NCBI GenBank assembly: GCA_043751595.1
Contig: JAYUZR010000042.1
Location: 270 to 64,269, forward strand
Reading direction: 5' to 3'
Source of the DNA: Candidatus Berkelbacteria bacterium
GTDB taxonomy: Bacteria; Patescibacteriota; UBA1384; CAILIB01
Length of the DNA stretch: 64,000 nucleotides
Below, piece after piece: positions 9,470 through 18,339 of the stretch. A program made the position numbers and the translations under genes. Below the pieces are notes generated by a model. It was not told where the DNA came from. It searched no databases and worked only from the letters and a program-made list of their open reading frames with translations. How positions within the stretch are numbered: the stretch's first letter is position 1; each line of letters opens with the position of its first letter.

Positions 9470-10252
9470 CTAGGGACGCAGGGTGCCAGCAAATACCTGC
9501 CAAGCAAGTAGGCTTTTTGCAATAAGAGAAAGCCAAATATAGCTACGCTCACCAAAGACGTAATCAGCAAACTTACCCACTTTCTTATACTGAAGCACCA
9601 TCGTGATTGCGAAGCAGTTAAAGAAGAGGAAAATTGAACCGTAAATATAGTAGACAAAGGTAGGAATCTCGCCCGCACCGTACTGCGCTGATGCCCAAAA
9701 GTAGATCGCCACTACAAGCCACGGAATAATACCCAAGAAGCAGCCGATATTGTAAGCAAGCCAATTAGGCTTTTCAGTGCGATTATAGACCTCCATTACT
9801 AAGCCCATCAGATTCATTCCACTCACCAAGCTAAAGAGCATAATCAAGCTTGCAAGATCGTACAGTCCAACCAGCATGGCGATGGCAACCATCATTATGC
9901 TGGCCGAAATGGTATATTCCCACCAACGAGCCTTATTAATACCTAAGGCAAGATCTTTCTCGTAAGTTGGGCGATACCAGGTGGCAATAGAGAAGTGCGC
10001 AATGGCACTAACGAAAAGAAAGGCAACAATAATCCAGGCAAGTGGCACCTGGGCGATCTCCTTACTTGTTAAAAAGAGTTTTTGTAGGGTTGGGTTAAAA
10101 TCAAGAAAAGCAACAGTGAGTGGAAGCTTAAACCCAGTAGCGAGCGAAAGCATGATAATGCCCTGTAGGGCGTGGAGAGTACCCATTACCAGGTTAAGCT
10201 TGCGTAAACTTGCTGGCTGAATCGTCTGGTCTTTGGTGTGATTGTTTTTCAT
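9470..10252 (-). CDS. heliorhodopsin (7TM retinal protein, inverted topology)
   Basis: 260 aa from the ATG at 10252; the upstream ORF extension is out-of-context sequence. There are seven TM helices. The TM7 motif LSLIAKSLLAWQVFAGTL has a candidate Schiff-base Lys (K246). The TM3 motif WWEYTISAS has the counterion-position Glu (E112). His residues are at HeR-like positions in TM1 (GTLHALQG) and TM2 (AIAHFS). The C-terminal block FLFFNCFAITMVLQYKK..GERSYIWLSLIAKS closely resembles what I remember of heliorhodopsin 48C12. Confidence 0.6.
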   Translation of the reverse strand: MKNNHTKDQTIQPASLRKLNLVMGTLHALQGIIMLSLATGFKLPLTVAFLDFNPTLQKLFLTSKEIAQVPLAWIIVAFLFVSAIAHFSIATWYRPTYEKDLALGINKARWWEYTISASIMMVAIAMLVGLYDLASLIMLFSLVSGMNLMGLVMEVYNRTEKPNWLAYNIGCFLGIIPWLVVAIYFWASAQYGAGEIPTFVYYIYGSIFLFFNCFAITMVLQYKKVGKFADYVFGERSYIWLSLIAKSLLAWQVFAGTLRP

Positions 10253-10300
10253 CACTAGATAATACCCGATCCAGGTACATTGTGTACTTGTTAGAAATAC

Positions 10301-10328
10301 TTGACATATTGTAATAAATTGATAACAT
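10301..10328 (+). promoter_or_regulatory. sigma70-like promoter for a leaderless XRE regulator mRNA
   Basis: TTGACA (10301-10306), a 16-nt spacer, and TAACAT (10323-10328). The ATG at 10335 lies 7 nt after the -10, so the transcript would be leaderless. The same 82-bp region also holds the divergent heliorhodopsin start. Confidence 0.45.
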
Positions 10329-10334
10329 GCGGCC

Positions 10335-10559
10335 ATGTCACTCTTTACTACTAACCTAAAAGACCACCGTGTCCTGGCCGGTCTTTCGCAAGAAGAGCTC
10401 GCCAAAACGGTTGGTGTAGTACGGCAGACCATCGCCTATCTCGAGAAGGGTGATTACATGCCGTCACTAGGGCTTGCCGTAAAGCTAGCGCAACTATTCG
10501 ATGTTTCTATCGACACTTTATTCACCTTTCCGCAGCTCGTTGAGCCGCGCCGTAAATAA
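10335..10559 (+). CDS. XRE-family (Cro/C1-type) HTH transcriptional regulator
   Basis: 74 aa with an HTH (LSQEELAKTVGVVRQTIAYLEKG). It is a paralog of the 51070..51279 gene, and both are immediately followed by a small membrane protein gene. Confidence 0.8.
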   Translation: MSLFTTNLKDHRVLAGLSQEELAKTVGVVRQTIAYLEKGDYMPSLGLAVKLAQLFDVSIDTLFTFPQLVEPRRK

Positions 10560-10564
10560 CACCC

Positions 10565-11536
10565 ATGGCTTCTAACGCCTTTTCTCGGAGTTGGTCTTTG
10601 TTCAAGTCTGGCCTCTCTATTTGCCAGAGTCACCCTAAGCTTATTTGGCTTCAGGCTGCATTTGCTGGGTTTGGTATGATCTACTTTTTACTTGTACAAC
10701 TGCCAATTGCCTTCTTTGGCGGATACATCTCTAAGGTGGTATTAGCTGGAGAATCCAACCTTCCCGCATGGGTCGATCGTCCCTACAATCCTTACATTTT
10801 CTGGCCAATCTTTGCGGTCAGCCTTATTGTTTGGATTTATCTTACCGTAAGTACCGGCATTGCCAGCTACCACGGGGTAAAACAAGCGCTTAATGGCGGG
10901 CATGTTTCCATTAGAGAATGCCTTGCCTTTGCCTGGGAGCGTCGTCGTCAGGCCATGAGCTGGAGCCTTCTAAGCGCAGCCGTTACCGGCCTTCGCTATC
11001 TCTTCCAGGAGCTAATTGAGAAGTTTACCGGCGGGCTTGCCGCCCCTCTTTTTGCCAAGATCCTGGTTTGGCTTGGATTTGCTGCAGCTGATACCGCCTG
11101 GGGTTTTGCAACCGTATTCGTCATTCCCGTTATCGCTGAAGAAGGAGTATACCCTGCCGAAGCGGTAAAGCGCTCTGCCGATACCTTTGGAAAAACCTGG
11201 ATGGGTAAGATGATTACCGATGCAACCGCAGGTACCATCATTGGGCTAGTTGCCCTTCTTGGCTACGTGATTATTATGGCGGGCGGAATGGCACTCGCCC
11301 TTGAGGTATTCAGCGGATCGGCAACAATTATTACTGTCGCCATTACCGGGTTCCTAGTTCTAGGATATACCCTAGCCTGTGTTGGTGTGGCGAACGTTAT
11401 CTCAGCCACCTATAACTCAGTACTTTACCGCTACGCCACTACCGGTGATGTAGTTGGGCCGTTCATGAGTGAGTACATTGTAAACGCCTACAAGCCAGCT
11501 CCTGAAAAGAAGATGTTCGGTGTTCGGATGCCGTAA
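10565..11536 (+). CDS. polytopic membrane protein of unknown function, co-transcribed with the XRE regulator
   Basis: 323 aa with multiple TM helices and a Gly/Ala-rich C-terminal TM bundle. No motif recognised. It starts 6 nt after the XRE stop. Confidence 0.5.
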   Translation: MASNAFSRSWSLFKSGLSICQSHPKLIWLQAAFAGFGMIYFLLVQLPIAFFGGYISKVVLAGESNLPAWVDRPYNPYIFWPIFAVSLIVWIYLTVSTGIASYHGVKQALNGGHVSIRECLAFAWERRRQAMSWSLLSAAVTGLRYLFQELIEKFTGGLAAPLFAKILVWLGFAAADTAWGFATVFVIPVIAEEGVYPAEAVKRSADTFGKTWMGKMITDATAGTIIGLVALLGYVIIMAGGMALALEVFSGSATIITVAITGFLVLGYTLACVGVANVISATYNSVLYRYATTGDVVGPFMSEYIVNAYKPAPEKKMFGVRMP

Positions 11537-11555
11537 ACCAGGATTTATTGGATTT

Positions 11556-11593
11556 CAAAAGAGGACCGTCCAAAGACGGTCCTCTTTTCTTTT
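11556..11593. terminator. bidirectional rho-independent terminator
   Basis: The stem gaggaccgtc, loop caaa and stem gacggtcctc are flanked by A-run and T-run, between convergent genes. Confidence 0.7.
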
Positions 11594-11615
11594 GACTCTC
11601 CTCATTTACCTGGCC

Positions 11616-12155
11616 CTACCTTTGACAGAGCTCAAGCATCGCCTCAACGAATAGTATTGCCTCACGTAATAACTTATCTTCAACTAAACCAGAGGGATGT
11701 GCGCCAATTAACTTCATTTGCTCAAAAGTAACCGCCGTTGCCTTCAAGTTATTAAAGGGTAACGAAATTACTCCTGGACTGAGCTCATTACAGCAGAAGA
11801 CCCTTTTTCTCTGACTTGTCTCATCGGTAAACCACGCCTGCCAAACCCAGGTCAAGGGACTGGCCTTACCACTACTACCCTCAACCAACGTAGCTACAAA
11901 TACTAGATCATGATCTTCTCCGCCAATATTTTGGTGAGCCTTAACCGTGATCTGCCGATACTTACCTTCAGGAAGAAGTCTTTCAGCGGCCTGTGCCTGC
12001 GTAAAGAATCCCTCCTCAAGAGTAATCCAGGAGGATCCTACCTCAGCCTGATCATTTGGAACCCTAATCGCCAAACCTCCTACAGTCGGTGAGGCAAGCA
12101 GGCCCTTAGCACAGGCGAGTACAGCACGTAATGTGGCAGCATAATTAACATTCAT
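11616..12155 (-). CDS. hypothetical protein
   Basis: 179-aa ORF with coding-like composition. No recognisable motif. Confidence 0.4.
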   Translation of the reverse strand: MNVNYAATLRAVLACAKGLLASPTVGGLAIRVPNDQAEVGSSWITLEEGFFTQAQAAERLLPEGKYRQITVKAHQNIGGEDHDLVFVATLVEGSSGKASPLTWVWQAWFTDETSQRKRVFCCNELSPGVISLPFNNLKATAVTFEQMKLIGAHPSGLVEDKLLREAILFVEAMLELCQR

Positions 12156-12290
12156 CTTTTATTTCCTTGCCCCGCACCCGACTGTATCGGGTATTTTTGG
12201 TGACGGATGGGGTTTAGCATATTCTTCAAAAGATTTCAAGAAGCCAGACAGCCTTCCCCTCTTTCCCTAGCCTGCTACACTAATCGGGCC

Positions 12291-13817
12291 ATGAACCACC
12301 CTACCTTCAAACAAGTTGCACTTATCATTCTCGATGGCTGGGGCCACCGAGAAGATGCTAAAGATAATGCTGTTGCCGCAGCCAAAACCCCTGTATTCGA
12401 TCACATCTGGGAAACCAATCCACGCTCCCTCCTTCAGGCTAGCGGCGAAGCTGTCGGTTTACCCGAGGGCCAGATGGGCAATAGCGAAATTGGCCACACC
12501 ACCATCGGTGCCGGGCGGCCACTAGCCACCGATCTTGTCCGTATTAACAAAGCTATTTCTGATGGCACGTTCGCCGAAAACGAAACCATCAATATCCTCT
12601 TCGCTCACGTTGCCGAGCACGGCAGCACGCTGCATATTTTTGGGCAGACTAGCGATGGAGGAGTGCATTCCCATCACGGCCATCTTTTTGGCCTTCTTCG
12701 GGCTGCTAAACAAAAAGGAGTTACCCGCATCGCCATTCACGCCTTTACCGATGGCCGCGATACCGCTCCACAAAGCGGATCAGGCTACCTTAAAGAGCTT
12801 GAGGCAGTACTAGAAGAAGTAGGAATCGGACGCATTGCAAGCCTCTCTGGCCGCTATTACGCCATGGATCGCGATAACAACTGGCACCGCCTGGCCAAGG
12901 TAGAAGATGCTATTTATCACGGCACCGCCCCATCACACCGCCAAAAGCCTTCAGAAGTAGTTGCCGAGCTCTATAAGCTCGATAAAGTAGATGAACACCT
13001 CGAGCCAATCGTCTTCCTAGACGAAACAGGTAAGACCACTACCCTCGAAAAGCACGATGCCTGTTTTGTCTTTAACTTCCGCTCAGATCGCGCTCGCCTA
13101 CTTACTATTCGCTTGCAAGAAAAGGCTAAGGAGCTCGATCTACTCGTGGGTACCATGACCCAATACGATCCCACCTATAGCGTACTCGTAGCCTTTCCAC
13201 CTCAAACCATCGAGACTACTCTAGCGGCCGAAGTCTCTGCAGCTGGCCTTACGCAGGCGCACTTGGCCGAGACGGAGAAGTTTCCGCACGCCACCTACTT
13301 CTTAAACGGTGGACGAGAAAAGCCGCATGAAGGCGAGGTACATGTAATGCTTGATAGCCGCAAAGATGTTGCCACGCACGATCAAGCACCAGAGATGCGA
13401 GCTGAAGCCATCGCAGATAAAGCCATCGAGCAAATTAACGAAGGTAAGAACTTTATCTTCATTAACTTTGCCAATCCAGATATGGTCGGCCACACCGCTA
13501 ATGTGCCAGCTATCATTACTGCCCTTCAGGTAGTTGATGCGCAACTTGGCCGCGTCTTAACTGCCCTTCAAGAAAATGGTGGAGTAGCACTAGTAACTGC
13601 CGATCACGGCAACGCCGAAATAAACATTGATCAAGCCACTGGCGAGCGCCACACTGCCCATACCCTAAGCCTGGTACCCTGCATCCTTGTAGGTGCACCA
13701 GCCGGCAATCAGGTGCGCGCAGAGGGCACCTTGGCCGATCTTGCTCCCACTACTCTCTCCTTACTAGGACTTAAGACGCCTGAGAGCATGACGGGAACCA
13801 GTCTTCTAGAGAACTAG
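12291..13817 (+). CDS. gpmI: 2,3-bisphosphoglycerate-independent phosphoglycerate mutase
   Basis: The start is set at the ATG at 12291 (MNHPTFKQVALIILDGWG). iPGM Mn-binding motifs are DGWG, ADHGNAE and TDGRD, and the protein is full length. Confidence 0.9.
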   Translation: MNHPTFKQVALIILDGWGHREDAKDNAVAAAKTPVFDHIWETNPRSLLQASGEAVGLPEGQMGNSEIGHTTIGAGRPLATDLVRINKAISDGTFAENETINILFAHVAEHGSTLHIFGQTSDGGVHSHHGHLFGLLRAAKQKGVTRIAIHAFTDGRDTAPQSGSGYLKELEAVLEEVGIGRIASLSGRYYAMDRDNNWHRLAKVEDAIYHGTAPSHRQKPSEVVAELYKLDKVDEHLEPIVFLDETGKTTTLEKHDACFVFNFRSDRARLLTIRLQEKAKELDLLVGTMTQYDPTYSVLVAFPPQTIETTLAAEVSAAGLTQAHLAETEKFPHATYFLNGGREKPHEGEVHVMLDSRKDVATHDQAPEMRAEAIADKAIEQINEGKNFIFINFANPDMVGHTANVPAIITALQVVDAQLGRVLTALQENGGVALVTADHGNAEINIDQATGERHTAHTLSLVPCILVGAPAGNQVRAEGTLADLAPTTLSLLGLKTPESMTGTSLLEN

Positions 13818-13832
13818 GCTTTTAGCCATAAG

Positions 13833-13864
13833 AAAAGCCAGCCCTTTCGGACTGGCTTTTCTCT
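13833..13864. terminator. rho-independent terminator between gpmI and the helicase
   Basis: aaaagccagccctttcggactggcttttctc is a hairpin with flanking A-run and T-run. Confidence 0.6.
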
Positions 13865-13936
13865 TACTGTCAGTGATTATTTTTCCCGCGTATCTGCGGC
13901 TTTGCCGCAGGCCTAGCGGGGAAAATAGATCACGCT

Positions 13937-15421
13937 CTAGAATCCGCCTTCAACAAACTTCTTTGGACCCTTGCGGCGTGGGTTATCAAACCGAATCTTA
14001 GAAGGAGCTGCTGGCTGAGAAGGAGCCTTAGAGAAGGTAAATCCTGGACCTACTTCTGGACCATCGGTGCGGTGATCAGGGTGCTGATCTGGGCGACGAG
14101 GGGCACTACTACCGTAGCCACCACTGGAAGCGCCAAAGCGTCCGCCGCCACGACTGAATCCGCCGGAGCGAGGAGCCGCAGGAGCGTATCCGCCTCCGCC
14201 AAAACTACTACCTCCGCCACCAAAGCGACTTCGACCACCGGTGCGACCACGACCACCTCCGCCACCTGCACGAGCGTACAAAGGACGAGGAAGTGAGATG
14301 TCTAGCGTAGCTAGCTCTTTTCGGATTAGGCGCTCGATAGCTGAAAGCTCGCGAGGTTGCTGAGGAGTAACAAAGCTAATAGCACGACCTTTTTGGCCAG
14401 CACGACCAGTTCGACCAATACGGTGAACGTAATCTTCTGGAGTCTCAGGAAGATCGAAGTTAAGTACGAGGGCAATACCCTGTACATCGATTCCGCGAGA
14501 CGCTACATCGGTAGCCACCAAAATCTGGTGGATACCTTGCTTGAAGCCATCAAGGGCACGACGACGCTCCCAAAGGGTGCGGTCTCCGTGGATTTCTTCG
14601 GCTTGGTAGCCAGCATCGCGAAGCATGCGGGTAAGACGGTTTGCACCGTGCTTAGTACGAGAGAAAACAAGGGTTGAACCTTTTTCAGTACGTAGTACTT
14701 GATCGAGGCGCTCAAACTTATCATCCTGCTCAACTACACATAGCCACTGCTCGATATCTACATTGCTGGTTCCAGCAGATGCAAGGGCAATTTCTTGAGG
14801 ATTAACCAAGAACTCGTTAGCCAGCTGACGAACTTCTCCTGGCATGGTAGCCGAGAAAAGCAGGGTCTGACGGGTTTTAGGAGTCTGACTTACTACCTCA
14901 CGAATTTGAGGAGCAAATCCCATATCTAGCATGCGATCGGCTTCGTCTAGTACGAGAACAGAGACTTTATCGAGAGAAGGAATTAAACGCTGCTGAAGAA
15001 CATCTTTAAGACGACCAGGAGTAGCAACAATAATACGAGGGCGAAGACGCTCGAAATCGCGCATTTGGCGACCAATTGGCACACCACCAATAAGACAAGC
15101 GGTACGAGGAGCGTTGCGGAGATAAATAGTAATCTCGTGCAGGCTTTCTTCGATCTGAATCGCTAGCTCGCGAGTAGGAGCCAAAATAAGGGCCCATTCA
15201 TCGTTATTGAGAAGCTTCTCGAGAATTGGCAAGCCAAAAGCGAAGGTTTTACCGGTACCAGTTTGCGCAATTCCGATAAGATCGGAGCCAGCGCGGGCAA
15301 CAGGAATAGCCTCTGCCTGAATGGTAGTGGCGGTGATGAATCCAGCTTTGTTTAGAGGCTGAAGAAGTTGATCTGGCAAGCCAAGATCAGCAAAAGATAC
15401 TTTTTGGTCTGTAGTGGACAC
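13937..15421 (-). CDS. DEAD-box ATP-dependent RNA helicase with C-terminal RGG/GGR low-complexity tail
   Basis: Motifs AQTGTGKT (I), PTRELA (Ia), DEAD (VLDEADRMLDMGF), SAT and HRIGRTGRAG (VI) are present. The C-terminal roughly 120 aa is Gly/Arg-rich. Confidence 0.9.
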   Translation of the reverse strand: MSTTDQKVSFADLGLPDQLLQPLNKAGFITATTIQAEAIPVARAGSDLIGIAQTGTGKTFAFGLPILEKLLNNDEWALILAPTRELAIQIEESLHEITIYLRNAPRTACLIGGVPIGRQMRDFERLRPRIIVATPGRLKDVLQQRLIPSLDKVSVLVLDEADRMLDMGFAPQIREVVSQTPKTRQTLLFSATMPGEVRQLANEFLVNPQEIALASAGTSNVDIEQWLCVVEQDDKFERLDQVLRTEKGSTLVFSRTKHGANRLTRMLRDAGYQAEEIHGDRTLWERRRALDGFKQGIHQILVATDVASRGIDVQGIALVLNFDLPETPEDYVHRIGRTGRAGQKGRAISFVTPQQPRELSAIERLIRKELATLDISLPRPLYARAGGGGGRGRTGGRSRFGGGGSSFGGGGYAPAAPRSGGFSRGGGRFGASSGGYGSSAPRRPDQHPDHRTDGPEVGPGFTFSKAPSQPAAPSKIRFDNPRRKGPKKFVEGGF

Positions 15422-15544
15422 GAAGCAACTGCTAGGGATGTGCGCCGCCAGGAAAATCCCCCTAGAAGCGCGTAATGAACAGCAAGGTTATAACACATCT
15501 CCCCAGATCGCGCTAGGGCTTAAGTGCAGAATACCTTCTTGAAG

Positions 15545-17143
15545 CTACTTGTGGGAATTGCTCTTCACTATATGCGCCTTGGCAAAGGCTGCATCGCCCT
15601 CTACCTTCTTACCAGGATTCATAATATTGAGCGGGTCGAAAAGCTCTTTTACCTGGGCAAAGAGGGCAACCATCTCTTTTCCGTACATGCGCTCCAGGAA
15701 CATTGTGCGAATTAAGCCATCATTGTGGTCCACACTCATGCTCCCTCCAAAGGCAAAGACGAGATCATACACCCGGCGGGAAAGCTCCATAATGTGGTCA
15801 GCTGCATCGGGCGCTTCCATATTACAAAGCGGAACCAAGCGGATACTTCCGTCGCCAATATGGCCGGCATAGGTGTAGGTCATGTTGTACTCGCCAAGAA
15901 TTACCTCAAGCGCTGCCAAGAACTCGCCGTAGTGATCGATCGGCACAATCGTATCTTCTAAGAAGGCTAGTGCGCGCTCACCCGGATGAGGGTGATCCAG
16001 CAGCATCTTAAAGCTCTTGCGGCGAATAAGCAGGAAGCTCTCTACGGCCTCGGGAGTTTCAATCCAGGTAACCTCGCGACTCAGCCCTTCAAGCGCCACC
16101 TTGGCCTCGGTGGCCTTAGCATCCGCCTCGGCTTGATCCTGCCCGGCGTAAATAGCAAAGACAATCATATGCTTGCCGTCAGCCGCATTCGCGCGGGCTG
16201 CATCTTCTGGATGATAGATTTTGGCAAGATCGTAGGTGTTGCTATCGAAGGTTTCGCAGGTATCTGGCGTAAACTTGAGCATGGTCTGCACCGATTCTGC
16301 CAGCTGAGAAAGATCGGTAATGGGCACCACAATCATGCGCTGAGCAGGTGCAAAGGGGATCAGCTTAAGTACGGCCTCGGTGGTAAACCCAAGCGTACCC
16401 TGGGAACCTACGAATAGCCGAGAAAGATTAAAGATGGTTTTATCTTCGTTCCATAGCTCCCACAGAGCGTAGCCAGCGGCGTTCTTTTTTACGCGAGGAT
16501 GATTGCGGTCGATAAGATATTCATTATCCTCGAGTAGCTTGACGATTTCTCGGTAGATATTGCCCTCGTGCGAGTGCTCGGCGCACTTTGCCGCCAACTG
16601 CTCGCGGGTGAGTGGACCAAACTCGTACTCTTCGCCATCGGCCAATAACACCTTGAGCGACTCTACATTGGCGCTGGTAGGACCAAAACGGACCGACTTT
16701 TCCCCTGAAGCATTATTACCGATCATGCCGCCAATTCCGCAGATATCGCGGGAAGAAGTGTAGGGAGCAAAGAGCAGCTTGTGCGGATGCGTAGCCGCCT
16801 CAACCTGAAGGTGCATCGTGCCTCCGCCTACGCGAATGGTCATCGTCTCTTTATTGGCCTCTTCTACAGCGTTAAAATGGCGCGACATATCGACTACCCA
16901 ACTTTCGGTAAGGGGGCCGCCCGACATACAGGTGCCGCCGGTGCGCGGAGTAAGCGAAATCTTGGCACCATCGAGCGTCTTACGCGTGGCATAGCGCACC
17001 AACGTTTTAAGATCTTCCACATCGCGCGGGAAGACTACTCCTTCTGGGCGCACCTCGAAGATACTGGCATCGTGACTGTATTTTTGGAGGACCTCTTCGT
17101 TTGTCTCAATCTCTCCCCGAAGAAGCTGCTGAAGCTGATCCAT
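15545..17143 (-). CDS. FAD-linked oxidase (GlcD / D-lactate dehydrogenase family)
   Basis: FAD_binding_4 region RVGGGTMHLQ with GIGGMIGNNASGEKS, plus the C-terminal FAD-oxidase_C domain. Confidence 0.8.
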   Translation of the reverse strand: MDQLQQLLRGEIETNEEVLQKYSHDASIFEVRPEGVVFPRDVEDLKTLVRYATRKTLDGAKISLTPRTGGTCMSGGPLTESWVVDMSRHFNAVEEANKETMTIRVGGGTMHLQVEAATHPHKLLFAPYTSSRDICGIGGMIGNNASGEKSVRFGPTSANVESLKVLLADGEEYEFGPLTREQLAAKCAEHSHEGNIYREIVKLLEDNEYLIDRNHPRVKKNAAGYALWELWNEDKTIFNLSRLFVGSQGTLGFTTEAVLKLIPFAPAQRMIVVPITDLSQLAESVQTMLKFTPDTCETFDSNTYDLAKIYHPEDAARANAADGKHMIVFAIYAGQDQAEADAKATEAKVALEGLSREVTWIETPEAVESFLLIRRKSFKMLLDHPHPGERALAFLEDTIVPIDHYGEFLAALEVILGEYNMTYTYAGHIGDGSIRLVPLCNMEAPDAADHIMELSRRVYDLVFAFGGSMSVDHNDGLIRTMFLERMYGKEMVALFAQVKELFDPLNIMNPGKKVEGDAAFAKAHIVKSNSHK

Positions 17144-17349
17144 GTAAAGTGCTGTGGAATTGGTAAAATGTACAGTCGCATTGTACCGCGCCTAGGAGCA
17201 GAGTTTCCACCCTCAAAGATGAAGAAGTCCCATTCTTCCCCGCTGGAGCCGGAAACCTTGCCAGCTAACTTTGTACCCTCGAGGCGTTTCATCTGGGAGC
17301 CTACGCACCCGCCCTTGCCACTAAGAGCACCCCCTGTCAGTAATGAGGA

Positions 17350-18036
17350 GTGAAGTTTACACGCCCTAAGCTGCTCGCCAAGCGAGAAATTCCCTCCGAA
17401 GAAGAGATTGCGGCTAACCCGGCTATTCCAGATGAGCAACTCGCTCACGATAGTGTTACCCAGCCTCGCTTCTTTGGAGCGCTTATGCGCCGGTACGAGT
17501 CTCGCCTATTATCGTATATCCGAAAAATCGCTCCCGCTGCCAGCGAAGATGCCGAAGATATCCTGCAAGAATCATTTACCAAGGCCTACGAACACCTCCC
17601 CACCTTCGAGGAACGTCCCAGCAAGTTCTCGGCCTGGATCTATACCATTGTTCGCAATCAAACCATGAGTGTCCTGCGGCGTAAGAGCCACCGCCCCCAG
17701 GTGGTGCCCGAATTATTAGAAGAAGAATCACTAATTAATTCCCTGCCGAGTGAGGAAAATATCGTGGAGGCTGCCATTGTTAAAGATGAAGGAAACCGTC
17801 TACTAAACCTCCTTAATCGATTAAAGCCCGAGTACCGAAAAGTGCTCCGCATGCGCTATATCGAAGAAATGGAATATCAAGAAATTGCTGCCACCCTTAA
17901 GGTACCAAAGGCGACCGTGGCTACCAGAATTAAGCGCGGCTTAGCCCAACTAAAAGCACAGATTCAAACAAAGAAAGAAGCTCCAGAAGTTGTTAAGAAG
18001 AAGGTTAAACGCGGTGGTGTGAAACAAAAAAGGTAG
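17350..18036 (+). CDS. ECF (sigma-70 family) sigma factor
   Basis: Region 2 (MRRYESRLLSYIRKIAP..AEDILQESFTKAY) and region 4 HTH (YRKVLRMRYIEEMEYQEIAATLKVPKATVATRIKRGLAQL). The annotated start is a GTG and may lie slightly downstream. There is no anti-sigma gene downstream. Confidence 0.75.
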   Translation: MKFTRPKLLAKREIPSEEEIAANPAIPDEQLAHDSVTQPRFFGALMRRYESRLLSYIRKIAPAASEDAEDILQESFTKAYEHLPTFEERPSKFSAWIYTIVRNQTMSVLRRKSHRPQVVPELLEEESLINSLPSEENIVEAAIVKDEGNRLLNLLNRLKPEYRKVLRMRYIEEMEYQEIAATLKVPKATVATRIKRGLAQLKAQIQTKKEAPEVVKKKVKRGGVKQKR

Positions 18037-18291
18037 CCATAGCGTTTAGAGTGTGACGGTTGAGCTCCCGTCATCACCATCTCATTAGTAACGCACGGCA
18101 ATGTTCACCACCCGATACGCGTCTTCAAAACTCGCTTTCGCCCTGCGCCTTACCGCTCAAACCATTCATAGCACCTCGACGCAACTCACCAATACGCCCT
18201 CCCCTGTTGCTTCCCGGCAGCCTCTGCGGATGACGCCTCCATAGCAACCCGTCTCCGCTGATTACAATAAGAAGGGGTTCCTCCTCCTTAC

Positions 18292-18320
18292 AAAACGCCC
18301 AGAAATCTGGGCGTTTTAAA
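18292..18320. terminator. bidirectional rho-independent terminator
   Basis: aaaacgcccagaaatctgggcgtttt is a perfect hairpin with A/T runs on both sides, immediately 3' of the 1199-aa gene. Confidence 0.7.
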
Positions 18321-18339
18321 TAGGCAGAAGAGCCGAGCA

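Noticed and set aside
14050-14296. Ala/Val/Thr-rich ORFs on both strands at 14050..14271 and 14072..14296
   Set aside because: These are other-frame readings of the GGC/CGN-rich RGG tail of the helicase, and are low-complexity artefacts.
15986-17353. Plus-strand ORFs 15986..16417, 16560..16763 and 16781..17353 inside or overlapping the FAD oxidase gene
   Set aside because: These are antisense to a gene with strong FAD-binding motifs, and none has a recognisable domain.
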